Positions 24,555-36,459 of a DNA stretch of 39,721 nucleotides are shown piece after piece. Numbering within the stretch: the first letter of the stretch is position 1; every line of letters starts with the position of its first letter. Location of the stretch: contig NC_057754.1 of NCBI RefSeq assembly GCF_004010195.1, forward strand, positions 11,305,216 through 11,344,936, in the 5' to 3' direction. The DNA comes from Chiloscyllium plagiosum (lineage: Eukaryota). The notes under the pieces are model-generated. The model was not told the DNA's origin. It made no database searches and saw only the letters and a program-made list of their open reading frames with translations. Position numbers and translations under genes: made by a program.

Positions 24555-26690
24555 CAGACACGTACATCTTGCAAAATTATCTTCTTGGCCAAACTAACCA
24601 CAGCACATCCACCTGTCTCTTAGGTCAACAGGAATAAAATGCAAAATGCAAAAAAAAAATTGCATGCTTTTTTGCTTTGGACCAATTTGATGACTATTCT
24701 CTGGTGGCTGGTTCCAGACTCTCCTCAAAGCAAGACCTTTATGCAGCATTCGACAATTCAATGTGTGTTTAATTAAATAAACTCTGCTTTTATAATGCAC
24801 TAAATAGCTTTGTCTGCAATGCTATTGTCAGAAGCAAGCTCTTCCTCTGCAGAAATTCTTTTATGTTGATCTCTTCACTGTAAGCATATCCTTCCCTCAT
24901 TATATCAGCAATAATGTGCACTTTACTCAAATACACAAACCACTTGAAATTTGGCAAGTGGACAACCTGACAGTGAAGCATTGCCTAACCACTGCCAAAG
25001 ATTTTAACTATTTTGACATTTGTAACAAATCTATGTTCCAGTCATGAGCAAAAGCCCAACAAGATACAGGGAGAGTGCGGGTAAGTGGTGTTGAAATGCC
25101 CATCAGCTATGATTGAATGGAGGAGTGGACTCGATGGGCCAAATGGTCTTACTTCCATTCCTATGTCTTATGGTCAGAGATCTCATAATTGAATAAGGCT
25201 AAGGTAAAAGTGTTGTCAATCAAAGGAAGAGATGTATAAAGCTGATGTTGGGTGGTGGGGTGGGGGCTGGAGTTAGGGCATCTGGTGGTGCAGAGTTCAT
25301 GAACAGATAATTTTAAAAATAGTTTACTTTAAAGCAGTATGTGTAAACCTGATATTAAGCCCAGGCCTGGAGTTTCAGAATACTTTCAAACTGGTAAAGC
25401 AGGACCAACAAAATAATGCATTAAGAGAAAAACAGCATGAAATTAAATGAGCAAAAGACATAAGCATGTGTTTGAATAAGCTTTCTGTAGGTAAAGCAAA
25501 AAGTGATCACAAAAGACTAATATGCACTGTTAACTAGCAGCAAAAGAACACTATCACTACAACGAATATTCTGAAAACACCCAGATGTTGATTGTCAGAT
25601 TCCAGGATTGTATTTTGTTTTCTTTAGTACTACTTTTGTGCACTAATGACCAATTTGTCTACCTCCTCATTTTCACGAGGGTACTGCTTCTGTTGTATTA
25701 TTGAGAAACATAGTGAATGTTCCTCTTTGAAGACAGACCCAAAATATTATCTTTATTTCCCTGTTATTTATACCATCCCAATTGCAATTTTTCCTGATTC
25801 TGCCAGTTGTTGGTGCATATTTCTGATTGCATTTTGCTTTCTTTGTAGAAAGCTTTTACAAACACATGTTTATGTCTCTCACCAGTTTAATTTCATGTTG
25901 TTTTCTCTCTTAATTTTGTTAGCGTTGCTTTACTGAATCGAATGTGTTCCAAATTTTAAGGCCTAGAGTTTAATGTCAGCTTTAATTATTTAAAAAAATT
26001 AACCTATTTTTCCAATCAACATGTTATTACACAGCTCGGGAGCATGGGTAAGGACATTACCACAAGATCCCCTCCTTCTCCCTAACATCAGCTGTATACA
26101 CCTCTTCCTTTGATTGACCATAATCTGGACCTTCGCCTGTATTCCATAATTATACCTTGTTGGGCTTTTGTTCATGATTGGAATTTAAATTTGTTACACA
26201 TGATGAAATAGTTAAAATGTTCTATTTAAATGCAAGTTATCCAAACTACAGTATACAGACTGTCGCACACTCAGGAGCAATGGTAAGGCAATACTGTCAG
26301 GTTGTCCATGTGCCAGATTTCAGCTGGTTTGTGTATTTGAGTAAAGTGCACATTATTACTGACCTTATGAGGAAAGTATATACTTCCAGTGGAGAGATGA
26401 ACATAAAAGGTTTTTCTGCCAATGAAGTACTTGTTTCTGACAGTAGCATTGCACACAAAATTTACCTCATGAAAACATGAGTAGAGTTTATTTAATTAAC
26501 AATACACATTGAGTTGTTTCATGCTGAATAAATGCCTCACCTTAAGAAGAGTCTGGAACCAAAGTATAGTCGTCTAAAAAATCCAAAAGCAAATTGTTTT
26601 TGCACTTTGCATTTTATCCCTGTTTACATAAGAGTTGGATGAACATGCTATGGTTCATCTGGTCAAGAAGACTGTTTTGTAAGATGTACT
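24555..26690. repeat. Old inverted duplication (arms ~24555-25545 and ~25800-26690)
   Basis: AATAATGTGCACTTTACTCAAATACACAAACCA (~24910) mirrored at ~26325-26357; AAAAGCCCAACAAG mirrored at ~26156; similar translations on opposite strands. Confidence 0.88.
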
Positions 26691-26947
26691 AAATTGGAGG
26701 AAGGTAAATTATAACGGTATTAGGCAAGAATTTTCAAAAGTTGATTGAGGGGAAATAGAATTAAGGAGATTCCAAAGATATTCTACAAATACATTAAGTA
26801 CAAAAGAGTAACTAGGGAGAGAATAGGGCCCCTTAAAGACCATCTAGGCAGAAGTGGGTATTGTAGTTGCTGGAGATCAGAGTCAAGATTAGAGTGGTGC
26901 TGGGAAAGCACAACAGATCAGGCAGCATCCGAGAAGCAGGAAAAAAA

Positions 26948-26980
26948 TTATGTTTCAGGCAAAAGCCCTTCATCAGGAAT
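26948..26980 (-). ncRNA. Minimal hammerhead motif in a Penelope pseudo-LTR fragment (26868-26980)
   Basis: Minus strand ATTC-CTGATGA-AGGGCTTTTGCCT-GAAACATAATT. Confidence 0.6.
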
Positions 26981-27059
26981 GTTAAAGATCAGCAAAGCTG
27001 CCTATGTGTGAAATTGTAGGAAATGGGGGTGATACAAACAGGTACTTTACTGCAGTCTT

Positions 27060-27357
27060 TAGATTAGATTAGATTACCTACAGTATAGAAACAGACTCTT
27101 TGGCCCAACACGTCCATACCAACCCTCCACAGAGTAACCCACCTAAGACCCATTCGCCATATGTACCCCTGACTAATGCACCTAACACGATGGGCAATTT
27201 AGTATGTCCAATTCACCTAACCTGCACATCTTTGGATTGTGGGAGGAAACCAGAGCACCCGGAGGAAACCCACGCAGACACGGGGAGAATGCGCAAACTC
27301 CACACAGACAGTTGCCCGAGGCTGGAATCAAACCTGGGTCCCTGGCACTGTGAGGCA
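27060..27357 (-). mobile_element. HE1-type SINE, 5'-truncated
   Basis: B box GGTTTGATTCC on the minus strand; (TCTAA)n tail at 27060-27076. Confidence 0.85.
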
Positions 27358-27529
27358 CATTGACTCTGTTCAGGTGGAGGTTGTGTTGATTGTTGTGCCT
27401 CCACTCTGGCTACCTTTCCTTCTTCTCCGATCTGTCCTCACTTCTGGGTAACCCTCCCTTTCAGTTTTCCTGCTGGCAAACGGCACCTCACTGGCCTTTG
27501 GGGGTCCACGGCTCACTTTGCCCACTTCC

Positions 27530-27985
27530 AGCTATTTGAGCATATGTGGCACCCCCCGCTCCTGGTCTTGGTCAGGCCTTATATAGGTGGCCTGCTTCCC
27601 CACACAGGTTGCAGCTGTTGGATTCCTCCAGTCCTTAGTCAGGTGGCCCTCTTGTTTGCAGTTCCTGCAGATGGTTACTTTGCAGTTTGTTGCCATGTGT
27701 GCTACCATCCTGCAGGGTCGGTACACTGTAGGCTGCCCCGTGTACATCAGGTAGCCTCAGCTCCCTCCAATCACAAAGCTGGATGCTGGGTGGAGGATGT
27801 TCCCACTGGCATCTACCCTCAGAGTCACCTTGACCTGCCGCTTGCTGGTCCATATTCCAAAGGGGTCCACCACATTGGCGCTCCCTCCTTCAAACTGCAT
27901 ATACTTTCCCAGAAAAGTCAGGACAGCTGTTGCTGTGACATGGGGCTTGTACAAATGGATTGTCACAACCCAGCTCCTCTGTGCA
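27530..27985 (-). mobile_element. Tx1-type LINE ORF1 fragment (ZCCHC3-like, CCHC knuckles), frameshifted
   Basis: TIHLYKPHV...DPFGIWTSKRQVKV...HPASSFVIGG; YTGQP...CRNCKQEGHLTKD. Confidence 0.8.
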
Positions 27986-27995
27986 GAGAGAATTA

Positions 27996-28530
27996 TAGAG
28001 TCATAGAGTTATACATCACAGAAACAGACCCATCAATCCCACCTGTCCATGCTGAACAGAATCCCAAACTAAACTATTCTCACCTGCCTGCTCTTTGCCC
28101 ATGTCCCTCCAAGCCTTTTCTATTCATGTACTTATCCAAATATCTTTAAAAATGTTGTAATTGTATCCACATCCACCACTTCCTCTGGAACTTCATTCGA
28201 TACACATGCCACCTCTGTGTAAATAATTTGCCTCTCAGGTCTTTTTTAAAATCCCTCATCACAAAATGCGCCCACTCGTCTTGAAATCCCCATCCTAGGG
28301 AAAAGACAACTACTGTTAACTCTATCCGTACCCCTCCTTATTTTATAAACTTCTATACATTCCCCTCTCACCCCTCCCATGCTCCAGTGAAAAAAATACC
28401 CAGCCTATCCAGCCTTTCTTTATAACTCACACCTTCCATACCCAGCAGCATTCTGGTAAATCTCTTCTGAACACCCTCCAGCTAAATCATACCCTTCCTA
28501 TAACTGGATAACCAGACCTAGACAAAGTAT
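27996..28530 (-). mobile_element. CR1 LINE 3' end
   Basis: (ATAGAGTC) tail and ORF2 C-terminal homology to the other copies. Confidence 0.8.
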
Positions 28531-29039
28531 TCTAGGAGGGGGCGAGGTGGGGGTGACAAGAGAAAGGATGAGGGTGTGAGGATAGCAGCGATAATTCACT
28601 TCCTCCACAACCCTTCCCCCATCCAGACTACCCCCCAAACCCACTTCCAATTGAAGTGGAGACAAGACCGGGCGGGCGGGCGACCTTTAGAGAGATTCCA
28701 ACATCAAATATTGAGAGGAACTGGCTGGAATGGGACAGAGAGACTCACTGGGGTGGGGGAGCCCTGTTCCTCCTCCTGTTCACTTCGAATCGATGCTAAA
28801 CTACATTCACATGGCACCTGCACAATTCATTGTGCACTCTTTGCATTGTGACACCATCTGAAAATATGATTCACAAATTCACACACGGCTCCTGACCGTT
28901 TTCCCCAACTCAAACCCCTCCACCCCAAAGGACAACGTGGGGATGAAGGAGCAACTGCATGACAATAAGAACAGATCCTGCAGTTAGAAACCATGGGCTA
29001 TAGAGATTGAGACACTGTTACCTCCACTTTTGTGTAGCA

Positions 29040-29620
29040 CTGTCTCTGTCTCTCTTTCCCTCTCTTTCTCCTTCTCTCTCCCTCTATGTGTTTCTATCTC
29101 TGCTTCATACCTTCTCTCTCTCTGTCCCTGTTTCTTTTTCTCTTCGTCAATTACTTTATTTCTCTTTCCTCTCCTTCCGTCCGTGTTTCTTGTTTCTCTT
29201 CTATTGTCCCTGTTTTGTATACTCTCTCTCTGCTCTGTTTACCTCTAGCTCTGTCAATGTTTCTGTCTCTTTCTCTCTATCCCAGGCTGTAATCTCACGA
29301 ATGTGCTGGAGATTGTTTCTAGAGATAGAGGGACAGAGAAATCTCGAACACCCACCACGATTCGTTCAGATCCCGGCTCAATTTGTTTGTCTGTCTGTCA
29401 CCACCCCCACCCCTCCAACATACACACACACACACACCATCTCTTTCCCTGTCTCTCTTTCTGGTTCCACTTTCTTCATTCAGGGGCAATTGGGGATTTT
29501 CCAACATTCCATCTTGTCTCTCTATCTCTTCCTGTCCTCCCCCCTGCCACCCTGCCACATGCTCTCTCTCTCTCTCTCACTGTCTGCATCTGTTTTTCTT
29601 TTCTATCCCCTTTCTTCCAT
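29040..29620. repeat. CT-rich low-complexity tract
   Basis: Imperfect (CT)n and (CA)n. Confidence 0.85.
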
Positions 29621-29878
29621 AAATTCCCTTGGACTAAAAGAAAATTCCATTTTCCCTTTTTAACATAGCAACAAGGTGTATTGTCTATGGGACATTTATT
29701 TGTTTAAACAAACAAGAAAGCTGTAGAGGATTCTGGACGAGAGAGTCAGAGAGAGAGAGAGAGAGAGAAAGATAGACCCTCCTTCTAGATACGCAGCGAA
29801 CTGAATTGAAATGGCCATCCTGCGTCTTATCCTGTGCCTGTGATCTCTAATTATACCATTCTGCCCCAGACAGATCGT

Positions 29879-32684
29879 ACATTACTCTGACAACAAGTTT
29901 TGAGGGAAATTTTCACATTTAGAATTTTAATTTCCTCTTCTGGGGGAGTCCTGTCTGTAAGATACACGCTGATGGTTTATGTGTTTGTGTCAAAGCCCAA
30001 GGCTCTGTTTACTTTAACCCCAAGTTCAATCCTCTTTTGAAATGACAGGGCCACAATACAACAGGACTCAGTTGACCAGAGGCTCATAACATTATTGGGG
30101 GCCCACAGAAGAAATCAAACTTCTGAATAATAAACAGAAACAACTCACATGGGCACCATGGAGTATTGCCTGCCAAACAGGCCTCAGAACTGTGGCTCCC
30201 TCTTGGAGGATGCTCTTGTTCAAAGGTCATCTTGTCCCAAACTTTTTGGATCTTCTGAGTGAACTACTATTTCTTGGGATAAAAGAGATGGGTGAGAGGA
30301 CACAACAAGATCCCAGGGATTTCAGACTTGGGGGATACTGACAATCTCTCAGCAACATATTAGTCATGGATTGAGTTTTACTGCTACAACCCTTTTCAAA
30401 AACTTCACGAAATGAAGAGTTTGCTGAGTAAAACACTCAGTGCCTGCAGCGATGGCATTGTAGCAATTGTTGCACAGCACGATCCCACCCCAGCGGTATA
30501 GCAGCAGCCGGCCCAAGAATCTGATTCCTTTCTCCTCTGTGATGCTGTTTCACTGTTAACTATTTGCTCCAGAAAAGAACTAATCTCAAACGTCTCTCTC
30601 TCTCTCTCCCCCGACACGCGCACACACAGACATACACAACCTCAGTCAGGCGGGGAGAGTTGCTCACTCTCTCAACAGAGAGAGAAATAACAGGATTTGA
30701 GAATTAATTTGACACATTCTTCTGCAGATTTATTCTCATTGACGGGTTTGCTATCTCCACCCCGGAGTGTTGGACACATTGCAACGTCTGTCAGTCCCCT
30801 TCCCGAGAGCTCCCTGTCCCATTGAGTTGTTAATGTCAGGACTTGAACCTTGTTAGATCTCCCTGAACATTGTCATGTTAATTCTAGTGCAGGAAAGCTT
30901 GACCATTCCTTGTTTCATCTTAAATCGTTTTAAAAATTTTGTAATCTATATCAGTGCTGTCTGAAAACATAAAACATTGATCCCACACTAGCCTCAAAGA
31001 TTCTCTGCCCCTAAATCTATCAGCACACTCAGAACTAGCCAGACCGTGGGGATATTTGCTGAGGTTCCCTCTAGGGATTTTCCTGCTGCCAGCATGACTC
31101 CCAGATATAACACTCTCACACATTACTCTGACATTATATCAAGTGCTTAAGGAGAGTTTCACATTTCGGGTTTTCATTTCCTCTCTGGGGAGTCCTGTCT
31201 GCCAGACATTTAACATGTTTGTGTCAAATCTCAAGGTCCTGGTTACTTTAACACCAGGCTTCAAACTTGTTTTAAAATGACAGAGCCACAATCCAATGGG
31301 ACTCAGTTAACCAGAAGCCATTAAAAAAACCAGGATCTCCCAGAGAAAATCAAACCTTGGGGTAATAAACACAAACAACTCACATGGGTCCCATGTGGTG
31401 TGGCCTGTCGAATAGGCCTCAGGCCAATATCTGCCCTTCCCCTTCAGGAGGAAACTTCTGTCCAATTGAAGGATTTCTTGTCCTGCCATAGTTTTAGAAT
31501 AACAATTCCTGCATGGGGTGGGTAGAGAGAGTGGGAGAGAAAATATTATTGAAACTGGAAATGGGGGAGACATTCAAAAAATTACACAGCAACAGGTCAT
31601 TCTGTAAAACAAAAATTCCCCCAGCACAACTTAACTACGATCAAATTGGGTTTAAAGTTGGGGATTTCAATCCCAGACCGATTGGGAAGCCTGAAAACTA
31701 CAGGCTTCGATCACTTTGTTGCAGGCCATTGGAGAACAGCCACACCTCACAGGCAGCAACATGTCAGCAGCAAGATCAGTCCAATTTTTTTCTGATGGGG
31801 ACTGCTTAAAACTTCAATATTTGTTGCAACTACAGGCACTGACATAACTGCTATTTCACAATTTCAAATACTTCTCCCTCCCTCCATCTCTCTCTTTCTC
31901 CCATCCCTCTCCCTTTTCAAGTCTCTCTCTCACTCCCAACTAAAATTTTAACATTCACACTTTATTACTCTGACATTATAACAAATCTTTAAGACTCAGT
32001 TTGATATTTAGGATTTTAATTTCCTCTTTGGGAAGTTCTGTCTGTCAGACATTCACTGGGAATGGGGACATGGGGGTTAACAACTTTGCGTTGAATCCCA
32101 AGACCTCGGTTACTTCAACCCCAGGCTTCAAACCTGTTTTAAAATGACAGGGCCACAGTTAATAACAGGACCCAGTTAATCAGAGTTCCCTTAAAAAGTC
32201 AGCGTTCAACAGAGGAAACTACTCATTGAGAGGAATAAAGAGACACAACTGAGGTTGGGCCCCATGGAATGCCGCCTGTCGAATACGCCTCAGGACTGCG
32301 TCCCCCTCTGAAGGATGCTATTGTTCAAAGGTTACCATGCCCAAAACTCACTCTCTCTTTGGATCTTCCAAGTGAATAACAATTCCCTGGGAGAAAAGAG
32401 ATAGGATCAATTAAAAGAAAGAACAAGGAAATCTTTAGAGAGATCGCACACCAAGATACCAGGGATTTCCTCTCTCAGCAACATCCGAACATAAACCATG
32501 TCAGCTGGAAGTTGCTTTTTCAGGCCAGACCCTTTTGGACCTTTACAAAACAAGGTGATAGCTGATGAGAAAATTCATTGCCTGTGAAGATGATATGGTG
32601 ACAAATGATGCATGGCAAGATCCCATGTGGAACAATGTAGCAGCAGCTAGCTCAGCTGATTCCTTTCTCCTGAACAATGCTGAT
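29879..32684 (-). repeat. Three diverged tandem copies of an unidentified ~0.7-kb unit containing an exon-like cassette
   Basis: ATTACTCTGACA at 29881, 31122 and 31963; AAATGACAG(G/A)GCCACA in all three; acceptors at 30272, 31508 and 32386. Confidence 0.85.
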
Positions 32685-32747
32685 CAAGTTCTGGATTAGT
32701 GGTGCTGGAAGAGCACAGCAGTTCAGGCAGCATCCAAGGAGCTTCGA

Positions 32748-32783
32748 AATCGATGTTTCAGGCAAAAGCTCTTCATCAGGAAT
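32748..32783 (-). ncRNA. Minimal type I hammerhead motif
   Basis: Minus strand ATTC-CTGATGA-AGAGCTTTTGCCT-GAAACATC-GATT. Confidence 0.6.
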
Positions 32784-33170
32784 ACAGGCAGAGAGCCTGA
32801 AGCGTGGAGAGATAAGTGAGAGGAGGGTGGGGGTGGGGAGAAAGTAGCATAAAGTACAATGTGCGAGTGGGGGAGGGGATGAAGGTGATAGGTCAGGGAG
32901 GAGAGGGTGGAGTGGATAGGTGGACAAAGAAGATAGGCAGGTAGGACAACTCCGGACAATTCATGGGGACAGTGCTGAGCTGGAAGTTTGGAACTAGGGT
33001 GAGTTGAGGGACAGGGGAAATGAGGAAGCTGTTGAAGTCCACATTGATGCTCTGGGGTTGAAGTGCTCCGAGGCGGAAGATGAGGCATTCTTCCTCCAGG
33101 CGTCTGGTGGTGAGGGAGTGGCGGTGAAGGAGGCCCAGGACCTCCATGTCCTCGGCAGAGTGGGAGGGGG

Positions 33171-33348
33171 NNNNNNNNNNNNNNNNNNNNNNNNNNNNNN
33201 NNNNNNNNNNNNNNNNNNNNNNNNNNNNNNNNNNNNNNNNNNNNNNNNNNNNNNNNNNNNNNNNNNNNNNNNNNNNNNNNNNNNNNNNNNNNNNNNNNNN
33301 NNNNNNNNNNNNNNNNNNNNNNNNNNNNNNNNNNNNNNNNNNNNNNNN
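33171..33348. other. Assembly gap
   Basis: Run of N. Confidence 1.
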
Positions 33349-33746
33349 TAGACACGGAGGGAACGGTCTTTGCGGAAGGCAGAGAGGGGTGGGGAGGGAA
33401 ATATATCCCTGGTGGTGGGGTCTGTTTGGAGGTGGCGGAAATGTCGGCGGATGATTTGGTTTATGCGAAGGTTGGTAGGATGGAAGGTGAGCACCAGGGG
33501 CGTTCTGTCCTTGTTACGGTTGGAGGGGTGGGGTCTGAGGGCGGAGGTGCGGGATGTAGATGAGATGCATTGGAGGGCATCTTTAACCACGTGGGAAGGG
33601 AAATTGTGGTCCCTAAAGAAGGAGGCCATCTGGTGTGTTTTGTGGTGGAACTGGTCCTCCTGGGAGCAGATCCGGCGGAGGCGGAGGAATTAAGAATACA
33701 GGATGGCATTTTTGCAAGAGGTAGGGTGGGAAGAGGTGTAATCCAG

Positions 33747-34730
33747 GTCAGTGTTGGGGCCATTGGTGTAATATACATAAATGATCTGGAAGTCGGTATG
33801 ATCAGCAGGTTTGCAGATGACACAAAGATTGGTGGAGTAGCAGAAAGCATAAGGGACTGTCAGAGAATACAGTAGGATATAGATAGACTGGAGAGTTGGG
33901 TAGAAAAGTGGCAGATGGTCTCAATCCAGAAAAATGTGAGGTGATGCATTTAGGCAAGACTAATTCTCGAGCGAACTATACAATGAACGGAAGAGCCTTG
34001 GGAAAAGTTGATGGGCAGAGAGATCTGGGAGTGCAGGTCCATTGTACCCTGAAGGTTGCTGCACAGGTGGATAGAGTGGTCAAGAAGGCATATAGTATGC
34101 TTGCCTTCATTGGACGGTGTATTGAGTATAAGAGCTGGCAAGTCATGTTAAAATTGTACAAGACATTGGTTCGGCCGCATTTAGAATACTGTGTACAGTT
34201 CTGGTTGCCACATTACCAAAAGGATGTGGACGCTTTGGAGAGGCTGCAGAGAAGGTTTACAAGGATGTTGTCTGGTATGGAAGGTCTAGCTATGAAGAGA
34301 GGTTAAGTAGGTTAGGTTTACTTTCATTAGAAAAGAGGAGATTGAGGGGGGACCTGATTGAGGTTTACAAAATCATGAAGGGTATAGAAAGGGTGGATAG
34401 AGACATGCTTTTTCCCAGGGTGAAGGATTCAATAACGAGAGGTCACACTTTCAAGGTGAGAGGTGGAAGGTTTAAGGGGGATACACGCGGTAAGTACTTC
34501 ACACAGAGGGTGTGGGCGTTTGGAACACTTTGCCAGCAGAGGTGGTAGAGGCAGGCACGGTAGATTCACTTAAGATGCGTCGAGACAAATGCATGAATAG
34601 GTGGGGAGCAGAGGGATAAAAAAGTTTAGGAATTGACCGACAGGATTAGACAGTACATTTGAATCGACTCAGGCTTGGAGAACCGAAGGGCCTGTTCCTG
34701 GTCTGTAAATTTTCTTTGTTCTTTATTCAT
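33747..34730 (+). mobile_element. CR1 LINE 3' part
   Basis: IYINDL...RFADDTKIGG; LVRPHLEYCVQFW; RGDLIEVYKIMKG. Confidence 0.93.
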
Positions 34731-34731
34731 T

Positions 34732-36455
34732 CGAAAGGGCATCACTTTGAATTGATATAGCCCATTTCAGGTTACAAATGCAGAAATTTCTTCCACCGTC
34801 TCTGATAAAAGTACCTGCCAGTAACCACGCAGTAAGTCCACCTTGGTGATGTAACTGGATTGACCAGCTTTCTCGATACATTCCTCCAATCTCGGTATTG
34901 GATATAAGTCCAATTTTGAAACGGCATTGACCTACTATAATCCATACAAAATGGTTTAGTCCAGTCCAGTTTGGGAACTAAGACAATCAGCAAACTCCAT
35001 TCGCTCTGGCTCAGTTTGATGTTATCCTCATTGAGCATGGCTTCTACCTCCTTCTGGACCTGTCTGGCTTTGAAAGGATTAAGCCGATGGGAGTGTTGTT
35101 TTATCAGAACAGCATTCCCTATGTCTACTTCATATACAATAGCATTAGTCCTCCCCATCTGATTTCTACATATGTCCTCGTACTGTAGCAACAAACCTCT
35201 CAACTGCGATCTTTGCTCCTGAGACAGATAGTTCACTCAAGGACTTCTTCATTTTTTAACATATTTTGAGATACATCAAAAGCCACTACAACTGGATTTG
35301 ATTCCTCTGCGGGGCCGTAACTAACACCTGTTTCTCCAGGTTTTTCTCTCGAGTATAATACCTTCTCAAGACGTACACATTACATACCCAATACTTTTTT
35401 TTCTATCTAGCATTTTAACTAGATAGTTCACTTGACTCAAATCTTTTCTCAATTTGATAGGGACCACTAAACCTGGCTTTGAAGGGAAATCCTATCACTA
35501 GTAACAGTGCTAACACATCATCCCCATGGGATAATGTCAGAGTCTCAGATTTTTTATCTGCCACCTGCTTCATTCTATGCTGTGCCCTCTTTTGGTGCTG
35601 TTTAGCTAACTCACCTACTCAATTTAATCTCTCCCTCACCTCCGATACATAATCTAACTGTGAGATCTCCAACTTTGGTCCTGTCAATTTTTCTTTAATT
35701 TATTTCATAGGGCTTCTCACTTCATGCCCTCCAGAAATCTCATAGACACATCCATTATCGTCAAAAAGTACTGGTTCCCACTTTTAGTCCTTCGGTGGGC
35801 ACCCAAACAATCAATTATAACCTGCATGAAAGGTTCTTCAAATGCGGGAATTGACAACAAAGGTGCTGGTTTTGTTACTGTCTGTGGCGGACCTACCATT
35901 TGACATATATGACATGTATGCCAGAAGTTAATCACATCCCTGTGGTTCCAGACCAACAAAATGTTTTTGTACCTTAGTTTGAGTCTTTCGTACCCCTAGG
36001 AGACCTCCTGCAAGTAGTTCATGTGCTCCCCATGTGCTTCCTGTCGGTATGCTACCAGCAACACAATCTGGTGCACTTCAGCCCACTTCTCCTCTGGACT
36101 AACCCGCCAGTGGTCTCCATTTCCGCCTTAGGATTCTATCTTTCAGATAATAACCCTCAGGAATATTCTGTACCTCCTTTTCAGAGTACGCATCCACATA
36201 TATATCTTTTATCATTGTGTCTTTCTGTTGCAAGTTTCTTAGCCTTTCCAGACCAAACACTTCTGTCTGACCCTCTGCCAGTTCAGGTTTTTCCTTCACC
36301 ATTACATCATACAGGGTGTCTGCTAACCAAACATCAACTCCTTCATCTTTCTCTTTAGTTTCTCCTTTGTGCTATGACTTATGATAGTGGGATCTGATTA
36401 CTGTACAGTCTTGGAAAATACCAGAATATTTTTCTGTTATCTCCGCAGTTTCTTG
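34732..36455 (-). mobile_element. Gypsy/Metaviridae pol fragment with integrase upstream of RT (Gmr1-like)
   Basis: Integrase CHICQ...EEPF...IIDCLG...YFLTIMD (35717-35959), GPY motif ~35455, then RT start IKQHSHRLNP...SEWSLLIVLVPK...FCMDY (34772-35236). Confidence 0.85.
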
Positions 36456-36459
36456 ATCT

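Larger units (their letters stand above)
32686..33747 (-). mobile_element. Penelope-like element (RT C-terminal region, linker, gap, pseudo-LTR)
   Basis: LDYTSSHP...FLRLRRICS; RTPLVLTFHP...FPSPPLSAFRKDRSLR; RRLEEECLIFRLGALQPQSINVDF. Confidence 0.92.

Noticed and set aside
27530..27985. Host ZCCHC3 gene
   Set aside because: Frameshifted, intronless and embedded among TE fragments; better explained as Tx1 ORF1
29007..29668. 218-aa and overlapping hydrophobic ORFs
   Set aside because: Products of CT-rich low-complexity DNA, as are those at 23084-23858
29811..29870. Plus-strand MAILRLILCL signal-peptide-like start
   Set aside because: Stop after 10 codons, with no supporting splice or downstream frame
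30165..30210. Tachykinin-like KREPQF*GLFGR on the minus strand
   Set aside because: The TGA is shared by all three copies and the GLFG residues are not conserved in the others, so this is unlikely to be the coding frame
31384..31460. LEAP2-like EVSS...LRPI words
   Set aside because: No MTPFWR and none of the four cysteines; chance similarity
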